From Opitutales bacterium (lineage in GTDB: Bacteria > Verrucomicrobiota > Verrucomicrobiia > Opitutales > Coraliomargaritaceae): a stretch of DNA of 49,177 nt. The position numbers and the translations under genes are program-made. This document shows, piece after piece, positions 1 through 9,892 of this stretch. The stretch covers positions 1 through 49,177 of the forward strand of contig JBMYNR010000009.1 in the NCBI GenBank assembly GCA_049598495.1. The letters run 5' to 3'. Each line of letters begins with the position of its first letter. The first letter of the stretch is position 1. The notes beneath the pieces were generated by a model. The model made no database searches, had not been told where the DNA came from, and saw nothing but the letters and a program-made list of their open reading frames with translations.

Positions 1-1
1 G

Positions 2-268
2 CGCTCGCCGGAACCGAAGTCCAAGGATCCTGCCGTTAATTCACACGACCATTTCAAGAATGGTGAATGGAACCAGTATCGCATCGTTGCAGAGGGGCCG
101 AGGATTCGGACATGGATCAATGGTGAGCCGGTCGCTGATCTTACGGATGAAGAAACCTACAAGTCTCACCCCGAGGGCTTTGTCGGTCTTCAAGTTCACT
201 CGCACCGTGTTGCCGACGTGGAGATTAAATGGCGGAATATTCGTATCCGCGAATTGACTTCAAAATGA
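2..268 (+). CDS. DUF1080 (3-keto-disaccharide hydrolase family) protein, C-terminal part, 5' end outside window
   Basis: Not in the ORF track. Frame 2 reads ...FKNGEWNQYRIVAEGPRIRTWING...EGFVGLQVH...IKWRNIRIREL, the typical DUF1080 C-terminus. Stop TGA at 266-268. Confidence 0.85.
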   Translation, partial: RSPEPKSKDPAVNSHDHFKNGEWNQYRIVAEGPRIRTWINGEPVADLTDEETYKSHPEGFVGLQVHSHRVADVEIKWRNIRIRELTSK

Positions 269-553
269 GTGGCTTTGCTAAGAAGGAAGGTTTTGGTCGA
301 CGTTCCTTTCTGGAGCGCTCCGCCGCGGCAAATGCGGGCGCATTTGTGCTTCCGCGCTTTTCGATTGGGCAGGCGGCCGTCTGTAAACAGCAAGCTCAAC
401 ATCGCGATGATCGGTGTTCTGGCGCAGCGTTTTGGCGGTCGTATTGAATGGGGCTCGGTCAAGGGGGCGGCGATCAACCGTCCAGAATTAAATGCCTTTG
501 TTAAGGAACCTGTGCGTGCAGGCTGGTCGTATGGCGAAGACCTTCGGACGTAA
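265..553 (+). pseudogene. Remnant of a Tat-exported Gfo/Idh/MocA oxidoreductase (frameshift plus large internal deletion)
   Basis: Twin-arginine leader GRRSFL...AGAFVLPRFSIG, then a frame change near 375 to SVNSKLNIAMIG (start of the Rossmann strand). This joins directly to a C-terminus-like segment GVLAQRFGGRIEW...NRPELNAFVKEPVRAGWSYGE. Confidence 0.7.
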
Positions 554-566
554 TGTAATCAGAATT

Positions 567-1731
567 ATGCAACCAACCCGATTCCTCTACGTGGCTTCAA
601 CGGCACTCTTGGCGTGTTCCGTTCTCGCGGACGGCCCTTTCTTTGGTCAGCCTCCAGGAGAGAATCATCCTTGGGCCGTGCACGACTGGAATCGCCCACA
701 GCCACCGGTTGTTGTTCCCGGTGAGCGCCTTGGCGATCCGCCTTCAGACGCGGTTGTGCTCTTTGACGGCACGGAAGCCTCGCTGGAAAATTGGGTTCAC
801 GAGCGCCCGGCCGAGAAGCGCGAGCAAGACTGGTTCGTGGTGGATGGAGCCTTGCAGTGTATGCCTAGGACGGGAAACCTGCTCTCCATTGAGCAGTTCG
901 GTGATTGTCAACTACACATCGAGTGGCTGGCACCGGTTGAAATCTCCGGCCAGGGGCAAGGCCGTGGTAATAGCGGGGTCTTTTTTATGGGCATGGTCGA
1001 GGTTCAGGTGCTGGACAACTATCAGAACCCAACCTACGCTGACGGCATGGTCGGTTCGGTCTATGGCGTCAGGCCCCCTGCAGTGAATGCGCTACGTCCG
1101 CCTGGTGAATGGCAAAGTTACGACATCATCTTTCGCCGCCCGATTGTGCGTGATGGTGTTGTCCTATCCGGGCTCTTTGACGGTGCTTAAGAATGGTGTC
1201 GTAGTTCAGGACAGCACGCCTCTGGAAGGTGGCGGGGGCTGGAAGGTCCGCAAGCCGATGAACCGGGCTTTCCCCGACAAGGGGCCACTGATGTTGCAGG
1301 ATCATGGCAATCCAGTGCGCTTTCGCAATATATGGTATCGCCCGCTGCCACCGCGGGCCCTGGATGGTGGCACCGATGGTTTCCTGAGTCCGGAGGCGAC
1401 GCTCGCGAAGCGAGCGGAGACCGCGACCGCACTTCGTCGTGACGCAGGGGAACTACAGGGCTTGTCCCGCGCGCTTCGTCTACTCGAATCCCTTATTTAT
1501 GAATGCGATGGAGCGACCCAGTCAGAGGCCGAAGAAATCGTAGGAGCCTATCTCAAAACACTCGAGGGTAGGTCCGCCAAGCAAATGGAAGCGGAAGAGA
1601 AACCGATCCGTCAGCTCGAGCGGGCTTTTTCCTATCTAGTTGCCTACGATTTTATTCCGGAAGACCACCGGCTTCATACCCGTGTCAGGGATATCGCGAT
1701 CGAGAACGGTTGGGTAAAACGGAAAAAGTGA
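567..1731 (+). pseudogene. Secreted DUF1080 protein with C-terminal extension, frameshifted near 1165
   Basis: Signal peptide and DUF1080 motifs (PPSDAVVLFDG, FGDCQLHIEW, GNSGVF, EVQVLD, GEWQSYDIIF) lie in one frame. PGSLTVLKNGVVVQD...LQDHGNPVRFRNIWYR continues in another frame. Could be a real lesion or a sequencing error. Confidence 0.75.
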
Positions 1732-1780
1732 GGTGAGTGAGTCAGTCGCAACCGGTTGACAAACTCGGCGTAAAATCACT

Positions 1781-4450
1781 TTGCAACTCGCATGCAGAGT
1801 CGTTGTCATTCTTCCTGTCTTCATGTTTTCCAATTGGGTGATTCGCTGCCATTTCTTGGTTCTGGGCCTGCTTCCTTTGTTGGGCGGGGCGGGTTTGTCG
1901 GCTCAAGTTCCTTTGGTGGTCAATGAGATCGCTCAAAGCGGGCAGAATGATTTGATCCGTTTGGATTGGCGGATCGAAGCCGCGGAACGGGCGCTTGAAT
2001 CTGGTCTGGCCAGTTCGGCGGAGGCCATCTTTCGTGCGGTGTTGGGTTATGAGGCCATTTTAGCCGAGGCACAGGCGGCTGAGGTTCGATTGGGTCTGGC
2101 CAAGTCGCTTATCGCGCAAAAGCGCTTTGTGGCTGCCCGTTCGGAATTGGAAGCGATCCCCGAGCTGTATGGTGCGCCCGAGTTGGCTTTGTATTCGGCT
2201 ATCGCGGTCTACGGAGAAGGCGGGCCACGGGTTGAGGCCGGCACCTTTCGCTCGCTTGTGGCTACAATTGATCCGATCAGCTTGTTGGGCAAGGATGCGC
2301 CTTGGTATGCATTTCTGGAGGCCTTGGTCGCTGAGTTGGACGGAGATCCGGTCGCAGCGTCGAAGTCCTTCAAGCAGGCCGCAAACCTTGCTGGTACGCC
2401 GATGCTACGTGCCCATTTTGAGAGTCTTGCTGTGAGACATGAGGTCGTGAATGGGGAAGCGGACGATACTCTTGCATCTGAGCTTGGGACTCAATTGAAT
2501 CGATATGAGGGGCAGGCGGGTGCCTATCCCTTTGTCCGTGAATACGCCGTTGTCCTGCACCGCCTTGGGCGAACAGACGAGGCTATTGCTGCGATCGATC
2601 GCGGGCTGGCCAATATCTCCGCTGGCTACGGAGCGGATGAGCGCGAGCAATTACGCTTACTAAAAGGAGTCATCCTGGGAGCCGATTCGGTAAGTGGTCG
2701 TGCTGCACTTAAAGAGCTCATCCGAAATGGGAAGAACCGCGAGACGATGGCGATCGCCCTGCAAATTTTGGCTCGCGCTCCGGATCAAGACTCGGACTTG
2801 CTGGATTTTCTGAAGGTCATGATCACACGTACGGATCGCCATCCCTTACTTAGTCAGATGTATTATCTTCGTAGTCAGCTTGCGCTTAAATACCCGGAGA
2901 TGATGGCGGTCGCTGAAGAGGATGCGCGTATCTTGCTGGAGCAATTTCCCGGCCTCAGTGAAATCACTCATGTTTATCGACTGCTGGCCTACGCGGCGCT
3001 CAAGCGAGAGCCTCCACAATATCGTGCCGCAGCGGACTTTCTCATTCAGCTACGTGATCAGTCTGAGGATGAGTCCGCGCTCATTGAGCTAAACCATTTG
3101 ATCGGTGATTGTTATTTTCTGAATGGTGACTTTGCCAATGCGGTGGACTTTTATGTAGCAGCTTGTAATCGCGACCTGAACTCGATTCGTGGCGGAGATC
3201 TTTTTTTGCGTCTGGTTTCAGCTCAGGTCCGTTCAGGGGAAATTGAATCGGCATTACAACTGATTGATCAGGCAACGTTCAGTGGCAGTGTTGCTCTTGC
3301 GGATCGCTGGCGCGCGGAGTGGAATCTCGCTCAGGCCCTTCAATCCCAGGGTGCCTTCGTTCAGGCACTCCAGCGAGTGCGCTTCTTGCTTAATGAAAGC
3401 GCATCGGGCACCGTGCCGGCGGCTTTGGATATCCGCGTTCGCTGGCTCGAGGCCTATCTTTCTCTCGAAGCGAGTGAGTTGGATGGACTTGACGAGCGCG
3501 TTACCCGTTTGCTTGCACGCCTAAATTCACTGCCTGATGGTGCATTGAAGTCTGATGAGTCGATGCTTCTGAAGACCGAGATTCTTCTCCTCCGAGGGAG
3601 TGTCCTCATTCGCTCGGGCAATGCGAATGAAGGGATGGCCGAACTGGTGCAACTGCGCAAGGATTTTGGAAACAGCGCCGCGGCACAGCGCTCTTTCCTA
3701 ACTGAAGCGGCCTATCACGGATTGGTTGGTGACTTCGTTTCTGCACAAAATACACTGACTACTCTTGCCGAGACCTATCCAAGAAGCCTGCTCGCTCCGC
3801 AAGCCCTCTTGGAGGCAGCACTCTATTGCGAACGCCGCGGAGCCGCTTTTTATTCGCAGGCGGTTGTTTTACATAACGATCTGGCCGAACGCTATCCGGA
3901 TGATCCGCTTTACTATTACACCCGTCTCAAACAGGGGAATCTTTTGCGGTCCATGAATGACTTCGCTGGGGCGCAAATTGTTTATGAGAATTTGATCAAT
4001 CGTTTTCCGACGCATGAAATGCGTCATATCGCAGAGCTGTCTCGTGCCGATTGTATGCTGGCCCTGGCCGGCGCAGAACCTGAGGCGATTGGCGATGCGG
4101 TTATTGCCCTCGAACGCCTCTTGGATTTGCCGAATATCCCCTTGGATTTTCAAACGGAGGTGGCCTATAAATGGGCTTTTGCTTTACTTAAGAGCGGCTC
4201 AGACGCAAAGGCAAAGGAGGTTCTATCCCTGTCGGTTTCTCGCTTCTTGCTGGACGGTCCGAAGGCTCTGGAATTAGGCGCGGCGGGGCGATACTGGGTT
4301 TCGAGGTCGATGTTGAAACTGGGTGAAATCCTGGAGAAAGAGGGTTCGCTTGAAGAGGCACGAAGACTCTACCGGAAAATGGTCGCCTATGATCTTCCCG
4401 GCCGGAAGATTGCCCTCTCGCGGGCCGATCGGCTCATTGCCATCGATTAA
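1781..4450 (+). CDS. Large exported tetratricopeptide-repeat protein
   Basis: 889-aa ORF with a hydrophobic N-terminus and repeated TPR-like helices (e.g. IGDCYFLNGDFANAVDFY, LAETYPRSLLAPQALL). True start may be ATG ~1823. Confidence 0.8.
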   Translation: MQLACRVVVILPVFMFSNWVIRCHFLVLGLLPLLGGAGLSAQVPLVVNEIAQSGQNDLIRLDWRIEAAERALESGLASSAEAIFRAVLGYEAILAEAQAAEVRLGLAKSLIAQKRFVAARSELEAIPELYGAPELALYSAIAVYGEGGPRVEAGTFRSLVATIDPISLLGKDAPWYAFLEALVAELDGDPVAASKSFKQAANLAGTPMLRAHFESLAVRHEVVNGEADDTLASELGTQLNRYEGQAGAYPFVREYAVVLHRLGRTDEAIAAIDRGLANISAGYGADEREQLRLLKGVILGADSVSGRAALKELIRNGKNRETMAIALQILARAPDQDSDLLDFLKVMITRTDRHPLLSQMYYLRSQLALKYPEMMAVAEEDARILLEQFPGLSEITHVYRLLAYAALKREPPQYRAAADFLIQLRDQSEDESALIELNHLIGDCYFLNGDFANAVDFYVAACNRDLNSIRGGDLFLRLVSAQVRSGEIESALQLIDQATFSGSVALADRWRAEWNLAQALQSQGAFVQALQRVRFLLNESASGTVPAALDIRVRWLEAYLSLEASELDGLDERVTRLLARLNSLPDGALKSDESMLLKTEILLLRGSVLIRSGNANEGMAELVQLRKDFGNSAAAQRSFLTEAAYHGLVGDFVSAQNTLTTLAETYPRSLLAPQALLEAALYCERRGAAFYSQAVVLHNDLAERYPDDPLYYYTRLKQGNLLRSMNDFAGAQIVYENLINRFPTHEMRHIAELSRADCMLALAGAEPEAIGDAVIALERLLDLPNIPLDFQTEVAYKWAFALLKSGSDAKAKEVLSLSVSRFLLDGPKALELGAAGRYWVSRSMLKLGEILEKEGSLEEARRLYRKMVAYDLPGRKIALSRADRLIAID

Positions 4451-4480
4451 TTATGCACGATAAATAGTAGAGGAAGGTTT

Positions 4481-5131
4481 ATGGAGTATTTTGATAATAA
4501 CTTTATTTTACAGGGCGGCCCCGTCATGTATCCCCTGCTTTTCGTGAGTCTGCTGGGTTTCGTACTATTTATCGAACGGGCGCTCTACCTACATAAGGGA
4601 CAGATCGGCACGCAGGACTTTCTCAGTGGGATCAAGAATCTCGTTCGTAAGAAACGACTGGTCGAGGCTCTAACGCTCTGCGAAGATACCCCAGGTCCGA
4701 TGGCTCGTATCGTCAAATCGGCGCTTCTGCACTATGGTGAGTCTCGCGAGTCCATACGCGGGGCGATACAAGCTGCTGCCATCGTTGAGATTCCCTCACT
4801 TGAGCGTCGGGTCGGGACGATTGCCGCATTGGCTCGAGTGGCGCCCTTGCTTGGGTTTCTCGGGACGCTGATTGCCGCGCTGCAAGCGCTTTATGGCTTG
4901 GAGTCTTTTAATGGAGACAGTGGTGTGCTTAGTCGCCTGCTTGCGCAGGCTTTGATTACCTCGGCGGCAGGCCTCGGTATATCTGTCATGGCCATGCTGG
5001 CTTACCATTTTCTCTCTGGTCGGGTCCGAGCGCTGGTTCATGATTTTGAGTGGGTGGGGCACGAGATCCATGAATTCTTGATTACCGACTCAACGACGCA
5101 GGCAGGATCTGCCGAGGAGACTGGAGAGTAG
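4481..5131 (+). CDS. exbB: MotA/TolQ/ExbB proton channel family protein
   Basis: GGPVMYPL, ERALYL, APLLGFLGT and ALITSAAGL motifs; three TM segments. Confidence 0.9.
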   Translation: MEYFDNNFILQGGPVMYPLLFVSLLGFVLFIERALYLHKGQIGTQDFLSGIKNLVRKKRLVEALTLCEDTPGPMARIVKSALLHYGESRESIRGAIQAAAIVEIPSLERRVGTIAALARVAPLLGFLGTLIAALQALYGLESFNGDSGVLSRLLAQALITSAAGLGISVMAMLAYHFLSGRVRALVHDFEWVGHEIHEFLITDSTTQAGSAEETGE

Positions 5132-5677
5132 ATGGAGCGCTCAGCACCAGAGATTGTCAGAGGAGATCCGGATTTTTCGTATTCGGAGCCCTTCGGTCTA
5201 ATGGCGCATTTGCAGCGCCCGTCCATCAAGCTGGACTTTGTCCCGGTGCTGGATCTTCTGATGATCGCACTACTTTTCGGATTGCTCTTTACTCGATTCG
5301 TTATGGTGCCCGGGATCCGGATCGACCTTCCCGATTCGGAGATGCAGATGCAGCCAAGTAAGCTCCCTGTCGCCGTGCTAACCATCGGGAACAATGGCAT
5401 GCTGTTTTTCGATGGCTCGCGCTATGAAATTGATACCATTGAGGAAGGCTTCCGGCGTATGCTTGGAGAGGTCTCTGAACGTGAGACCGTGTTGCTGGTA
5501 AAGACCCAAGGCTCTATGAATCTAGAGTTGTTTTTAAGGCTGTGTCGCATGGCGCAGATCGCAGGTTTCGCCCAAGTGCAGATTGCTGGTGAGCATCTGC
5601 CGGAGGTAAACTCATTGGTTCCGAGTGGGGGAGAGGCATTGGGCGATTTCGATTCCGGCTTCCTCTCAGTGATGTGA
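5132..5677 (+). CDS. exbD: Biopolymer transport ExbD/TolR family protein
   Basis: FVPVLDLLMIALLF TM with the conserved Asp, GIRIDLP motif; directly follows exbB. Confidence 0.85.
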   Translation: MERSAPEIVRGDPDFSYSEPFGLMAHLQRPSIKLDFVPVLDLLMIALLFGLLFTRFVMVPGIRIDLPDSEMQMQPSKLPVAVLTIGNNGMLFFDGSRYEIDTIEEGFRRMLGEVSERETVLLVKTQGSMNLELFLRLCRMAQIAGFAQVQIAGEHLPEVNSLVPSGGEALGDFDSGFLSVM

Positions 5678-6438
5678 TGATGTCTGAGGATATTCAGGCG
5701 ACCGAGGTGAATCAGGTAAGTTCGCAGAGACTGCTCTCTCCGGTCTTAAGGATCTCACTTCTTTTAGGTGTTATTCTTCACCTCGCCGGTTTTCTTGTTT
5801 TTCGTGTTGTATCCAAGCCTTTACCGTCGAACCAAGAGTCGAGACCGTTTGTGCAGTTTGTCTCTCCGGAAATATTGACTGCCGGTGCCGAGCTTGAGGA
5901 GCAGGCGGCACTTTTTGACACGGCGCCTCTCTTTATCGCAGGGGAATGGAACGCTGCGCATAATATAGCTGCTCCGATACGTGACCGCGGGCTCCAGCGT
6001 TTTTCCACCTATCAACCCGAGATGGATGTGGCTGGGGCTCTGGTGCCGGCTGGTATCTCTCTCGGGCAAGAGTTCCTTGTGCGGGACCCCGTTGATTTAT
6101 TGGACCTGCGTTTCTGGGATATCTTTAAGGGCATTGCTTTGAGCGACGGTGTCGTCCCCGAGATGGAGGCGGCGGGTCCCTTCGTCGAGGTTCGCTCTCT
6201 GAATGGCCACCACACCTGGGTCGGTCCCATTGAAGCGGATATCGTCAGTCTTTCCGCAAATCAACCGGTGCAGTATTTCCTATCGGTGGAGGGTGGAGGG
6301 CGTATTCTCGGCCGACCCACTCTGAGCGTGAGTTCGGGGGATGCCGCATTTGATGCGGTGGCTTACAATTGGATTGTTGAGTCGGGACTCGCGGCTGGCC
6401 TCGATCCTGGTCATTTTGAAATACTCCTATATCCCTAA
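5674..6438 (+). CDS. Membrane-anchored protein with a TonB C-terminal-like domain
   Basis: Single TM containing His (GVILHLAGF). C-terminal VQYFLSVEGGGRILGRPTLSVSSGDAAFDAVA resembles TonB_C. Follows exbD. Confidence 0.55.
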   Translation: MMMSEDIQATEVNQVSSQRLLSPVLRISLLLGVILHLAGFLVFRVVSKPLPSNQESRPFVQFVSPEILTAGAELEEQAALFDTAPLFIAGEWNAAHNIAAPIRDRGLQRFSTYQPEMDVAGALVPAGISLGQEFLVRDPVDLLDLRFWDIFKGIALSDGVVPEMEAAGPFVEVRSLNGHHTWVGPIEADIVSLSANQPVQYFLSVEGGGRILGRPTLSVSSGDAAFDAVAYNWIVESGLAAGLDPGHFEILLYP

Positions 6439-6443
6439 CGAAT

Positions 6444-6932
6444 ATGACTGAGAAAGAGATATCTAATAATTCGATCATGCTCGACCAGCTCGAGGAGCTG
6501 ACTCAGTCATGGGAGGAGCGCCCGTCTTGGGATGAATACTTCATGGCAACGGCCTTACTTATGGCCTCGCGTTCCGGTTGCGAACGCTTAAAGGTCGGTT
6601 GCGTAATTGTTTCCGGCGGCGAGCAGAATAACAGGATTGTCGCGGCTGGCTATAATGGCTTTCTCCCGGGGGCGCCTCATACTTCTCGAGTCCGGGACGG
6701 GCATGAGCAGGCGACGGTTCATGCGGAGCAGAATGCGGTTAGTGATGCGGCACGGCGCGGGGTTTCTCTCCAGGGGGCAACGATCTATATCACTCATTTC
6801 CCTTGTATTAATTGCGCGAAGATAGTGGCGGCAGCAGGTATTGCTTGCATCAAGTATCACCGCAACTACCGGAATGACGATCTGGTTAAGGATCTTCTTG
6901 GCGGGGCCGGTGTAAAACTCGTTCAGCTATAA
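6444..6932 (+). CDS. dCMP deaminase family protein (ComEB-like)
   Basis: RPSWDEYFM, GYNG, HAEQNA and PCINC zinc-deaminase motifs. Confidence 0.9.
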   Translation: MTEKEISNNSIMLDQLEELTQSWEERPSWDEYFMATALLMASRSGCERLKVGCVIVSGGEQNNRIVAAGYNGFLPGAPHTSRVRDGHEQATVHAEQNAVSDAARRGVSLQGATIYITHFPCINCAKIVAAAGIACIKYHRNYRNDDLVKDLLGGAGVKLVQL

Positions 6933-7507
6933 TGCGTCTGAATCGTAGCAGTGATTTTCGCGGCGCGATGGTGCCTCATGCGGGCACCTTACTACTGGCA
7001 CATCCGGAGCTGATGGATCCGAATTTTTACCATACGGTTGTCCTGCTTTCCGCTTATTCCCGGGACGAAGGCTCGGTCGGTGTGATTGTGAACCGACCGT
7101 TGGGAAAGTCGCTTGGTGAATATGATCCCAAACTCCTCGCCTCCACCCTGTCATCCGTTCCGCTTTATTCGGGCGGGCCGGTCGCTACCGACCAGCTTAT
7201 TCTGGTGGCATGGAGGTGGTGTGCCGAAGAGAGCGCGTTCAAGCTCTACTTCGGCATTGATGCTGAGCGTGCGGAGCGGATTTTAGAGAATGATCCTGAA
7301 TTTAAGCTCTACGGCTTCCTGGGGCATGCAGGATGGACTGGTGGCCAGTTGGAGGCCGAACTGAGCGGAAATTCCTGGGTCATGTCCGGCGCCCTCCCTA
7401 TGCTTGCGAATGCCGAGTCGGGGATCAACTGGCATGAGTTGCTCTGCGACGAGAGGCCTGAGCTCCGATTACTCGCTGACGCACCTGAGGATCCGTCCCT
7501 GAACTAG
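6932..7507 (+). CDS. YqgE/AlgH family protein (DUF179)
   Basis: LLAHPELMDPNFYHTVVLL, GVIVNRP, GGPV, GHAGWTGGQLEAEL. Confidence 0.9.
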   Translation: MRLNRSSDFRGAMVPHAGTLLLAHPELMDPNFYHTVVLLSAYSRDEGSVGVIVNRPLGKSLGEYDPKLLASTLSSVPLYSGGPVATDQLILVAWRWCAEESAFKLYFGIDAERAERILENDPEFKLYGFLGHAGWTGGQLEAELSGNSWVMSGALPMLANAESGINWHELLCDERPELRLLADAPEDPSLN

Positions 7508-7790
7508 TTAGTTTAAAGCGCATAATCGAACTCGGGGAAAGGTCGTTTTGTTTGTGGCAATGAAGGACAGCGCTCCCGAGTTGCCGAAATGGTGTGTCGA
7601 CATCACAGTCCACCCCATGCGTCAGTGTTTTTGTAATATGCTCGAGCAAATCAAAGAAATTTTGCCCTTCAAAATATGCACACGATAACCTTGACGAAGA
7701 ACCTGTTTTTTTGGGGCCAATTATTTCCGCCTTTGCCATTGACAGGGCTAAGCTCGGACCCTTTTTTCTCCCATTCTCTCAATTTCCGCT

Positions 7791-7916
7791 ATGAAAGTCG
7801 TATCTTCACTTAAATCTCTCAAGGACCGTCACCCCGACTGCCAAGTTGTGCGTCGTAAGGGCCGTGTCTATGTAATCTGCAAGACCAATCCGCGTTTTAA
7901 GGCGCGCCAAGGTTAA
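7791..7916 (+). CDS. rpmJ: 50S ribosomal protein L36, type B (zinc-independent, YkgO-like)
   Basis: Too short for the ORF track. Translates [41 protein letters not shown]. Confidence 0.95.
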   Translation: MKVVSSLKSLKDRHPDCQVVRRKGRVYVICKTNPRFKARQG

Positions 7917-7958
7917 ACGGCGGCATCCCGCACGCACATATTTAGAAGGCATCCTACC

Positions 7959-8204
7959 GTGAAAGCTGAAATTCATCCAAAGCTGAACCCTGTCGCATTT
8001 GTCGACGTTTCTACCGGGCACAAGTTCCTGACACGCTCCACCATGCGCGGAGGCAAGACCGAGGTGATTGATGGTGTTGAGCACCAGGTCGTTATCTGCG
8101 ACATCACCGCTGACTCGCATCCTGCATTCACTGGTGAGAAACGCTTCGTCGATACTGCAGGTCGTGTTGAGAAGTTCCAGAACAAGTTCAGCCGCCGTCG
8201 CTAA
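7959..8204 (+). CDS. rpmE: 50S ribosomal protein L31, type B
   Basis: MKAEIHP...SHPAFTGEKRFVDTAGRVEKF; no CxxC motifs. Confidence 0.95.
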   Translation: MKAEIHPKLNPVAFVDVSTGHKFLTRSTMRGGKTEVIDGVEHQVVICDITADSHPAFTGEKRFVDTAGRVEKFQNKFSRRR

Positions 8205-8226
8205 ACCCGACGATCTCTTTTTCCAG

Positions 8227-8254
8227 AACCCTGCTCGAGAGAGCGGGGTTTTTT
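8227..8254 (+). terminator. Intrinsic terminator after rpmE
   Basis: AACCCTGCTC-GAGA-GAGCGGGGTT hairpin followed by a T-run. Confidence 0.8.
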
Positions 8255-8534
8255 ATTGGATCCGCGTCAAGGTCAGGGGAAAGTTCGATTTCTTTCATAG
8301 AAGCAAGCGGCCTTAGTCTCTCGACGAGTTCGGGGGCCTACGACAAGCTATAGAGCCTATTGCTTATCGATCGATTCAAGGCCCGGAGCTCGCCGAACGG
8401 GCAGGGATGAGGCCTTTTTCGAGAGGTCGCGGCGTTGTCCAGCCCGTTATGCACCTCGGTGCACGCCTGGTTGGACGCCTTGCGCGGTTCTGGAAACGGT
8501 TCTCACCAGTAGTTCTAACTATATGCAAACGGCT

Positions 8535-9269
8535 CTAGATCTGGAAGTCGGCGCCGCCGGTTGCCTCGTGTAGGCCACATTCGCGCTTGAGGCCGCCGAA
8601 GCGGGTGTCCTCTTCGGTCATACCCTCGCCAAGCCTCTTCGTGCTGTGCCAGTCGCCGACCGAGACGTAGCCTTGGTCCCAGAGGGGGTGGTAGGGCAGG
8701 TTGTTCTCGGTGAGATATTCGTAGATGTCGCGGTCATTCCAGTCGATGATCGGGTAGATTTTCGTCATCTTGTTTTGTGTCTCGACGACCTTGCGCTCGC
8801 TGCGAGAGCTCGACTGGGAGCGGCGCAGGCCGGAGAGCCATGCTTTTGCACCGAGCTCTTTAATTGCCCGGTTCATCGGCTCAACTTTGTTGATGTGGTT
8901 ATAGCGATTCAGTCCCTCGATCCCCTCTTCCCAGAGCCTTCCATAAAGCGCTTCCTGTTGGGCTGCTGTCTGCTTGGGTATGAAGGTCTTCAGGTTGAGG
9001 CTTAGTCGTTCGGTCAGCTCCGACGCAAAGGTGTAGGTGGCAGGAAAAAGATAGCCCGTATCGATAAAAATGACAGGAATCTCCGGAATCTGGGTGGTTA
9101 CCAGGTGCAGCATGACCGCGCTCTGCACGCCGAAACTTGTGGTCAGAACCAGCTTGTCCCCGTAAGTTTCATAGGCCCAGCGGACCCGCTCCGTGGCGGC
9201 TACGATCTCAAGATTTTCAAGATCGCTTTCACCGGAGGCGGTGTTCTTAACGGATGCAGGTAGAGACAT
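8535..9269 (-). CDS. cysH: Phosphoadenylyl-sulfate (PAPS) reductase
   Basis: [40 protein letters not shown]. Lacks the CC and CxxC Fe-S ligands of APS reductases. Confidence 0.93.
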   Translation of the reverse strand: MSLPASVKNTASGESDLENLEIVAATERVRWAYETYGDKLVLTTSFGVQSAVMLHLVTTQIPEIPVIFIDTGYLFPATYTFASELTERLSLNLKTFIPKQTAAQQEALYGRLWEEGIEGLNRYNHINKVEPMNRAIKELGAKAWLSGLRRSQSSSRSERKVVETQNKMTKIYPIIDWNDRDIYEYLTENNLPYHPLWDQGYVSVGDWHSTKRLGEGMTEEDTRFGGLKRECGLHEATGGADFQI

Positions 9270-9528
9270 GGCGTTATCTTTGGTTTTTGAGTAAGAAAGT
9301 CAAGAAATGAGTAAGGGAATCGGCCTTTGTCCTGATTTGCGGATGAACCAGAACAGGGATCAGGCTTGCGCACTCAAAATGGAGTGGATCGGGTCAAATT
9401 GGCCCTCTTGAAAATGTGGACAAACTCTCATTACCGGCGGTGGGGCCCAACAGTCTCTCCTTTGGCCGTTTTTTAGTCACAACACCCGGGAAAACACAGG
9501 CGACAGCTCAGCAACTTTCAACCACTCG

Positions 9529-9638
9529 GACGCTTTTTTGGACCGCTCATTCACACTAAAGGGACGCTAAAATCCTGGTTCTGAGATTTGCTCTCTCCAT
9601 TTTTAGCGAAGATTGAGCGTCGTTGAGCGGTTGAAAAA
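9529..9638. repeat. Long imperfect palindrome of a dispersed repeat family (second copy at 40327-40376)
   Basis: Left arm GACGCTTTTTTGGACCGCTC...GACGCTAAAATCCTGGT is complementary to 9601-9638 and resembles 40327-40376. Confidence 0.55.
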
Positions 9639-9822
9639 TGCTTGCTTCAAGGAAGCCAGGTCTTTCAGCCGTTCGTCGGGCGGGTGCAGCGATGCGACGC
9701 CAGTCGCGTCGACGTATGAAGGGTTTCGAACAGACGGAAGCACTCGTCCGTCGGCCTTGCTGGCTCGAGTTCGCTACGTCGTGCCGGATGTCTCGATTGA
9801 AAGTTTTCTAGATATGGAATCA

Positions 9823-9892
9823 GACGGCCTAAAGGCCGAACTCCAACAAACCCCACGCATCTTAAGAGTTGGAGTCCGCCCTTTAGGCCGTC
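9823..9892. repeat. REP-like inverted pair
   Basis: GACGGCCTAAAGGCCGAACTCCAAC and GTTGGAGTCCGCCCTTTAGGCCGTC; 25-bp arms with 2 mismatches. Confidence 0.7.

Noticed and set aside
7510..7790. Zur box or riboswitch upstream of the type-B ribosomal protein genes
   Set aside because: No recognisable palindromic Zur site or aptamer; only a short AACTCGGG/CCCGAGTT inverted pair.
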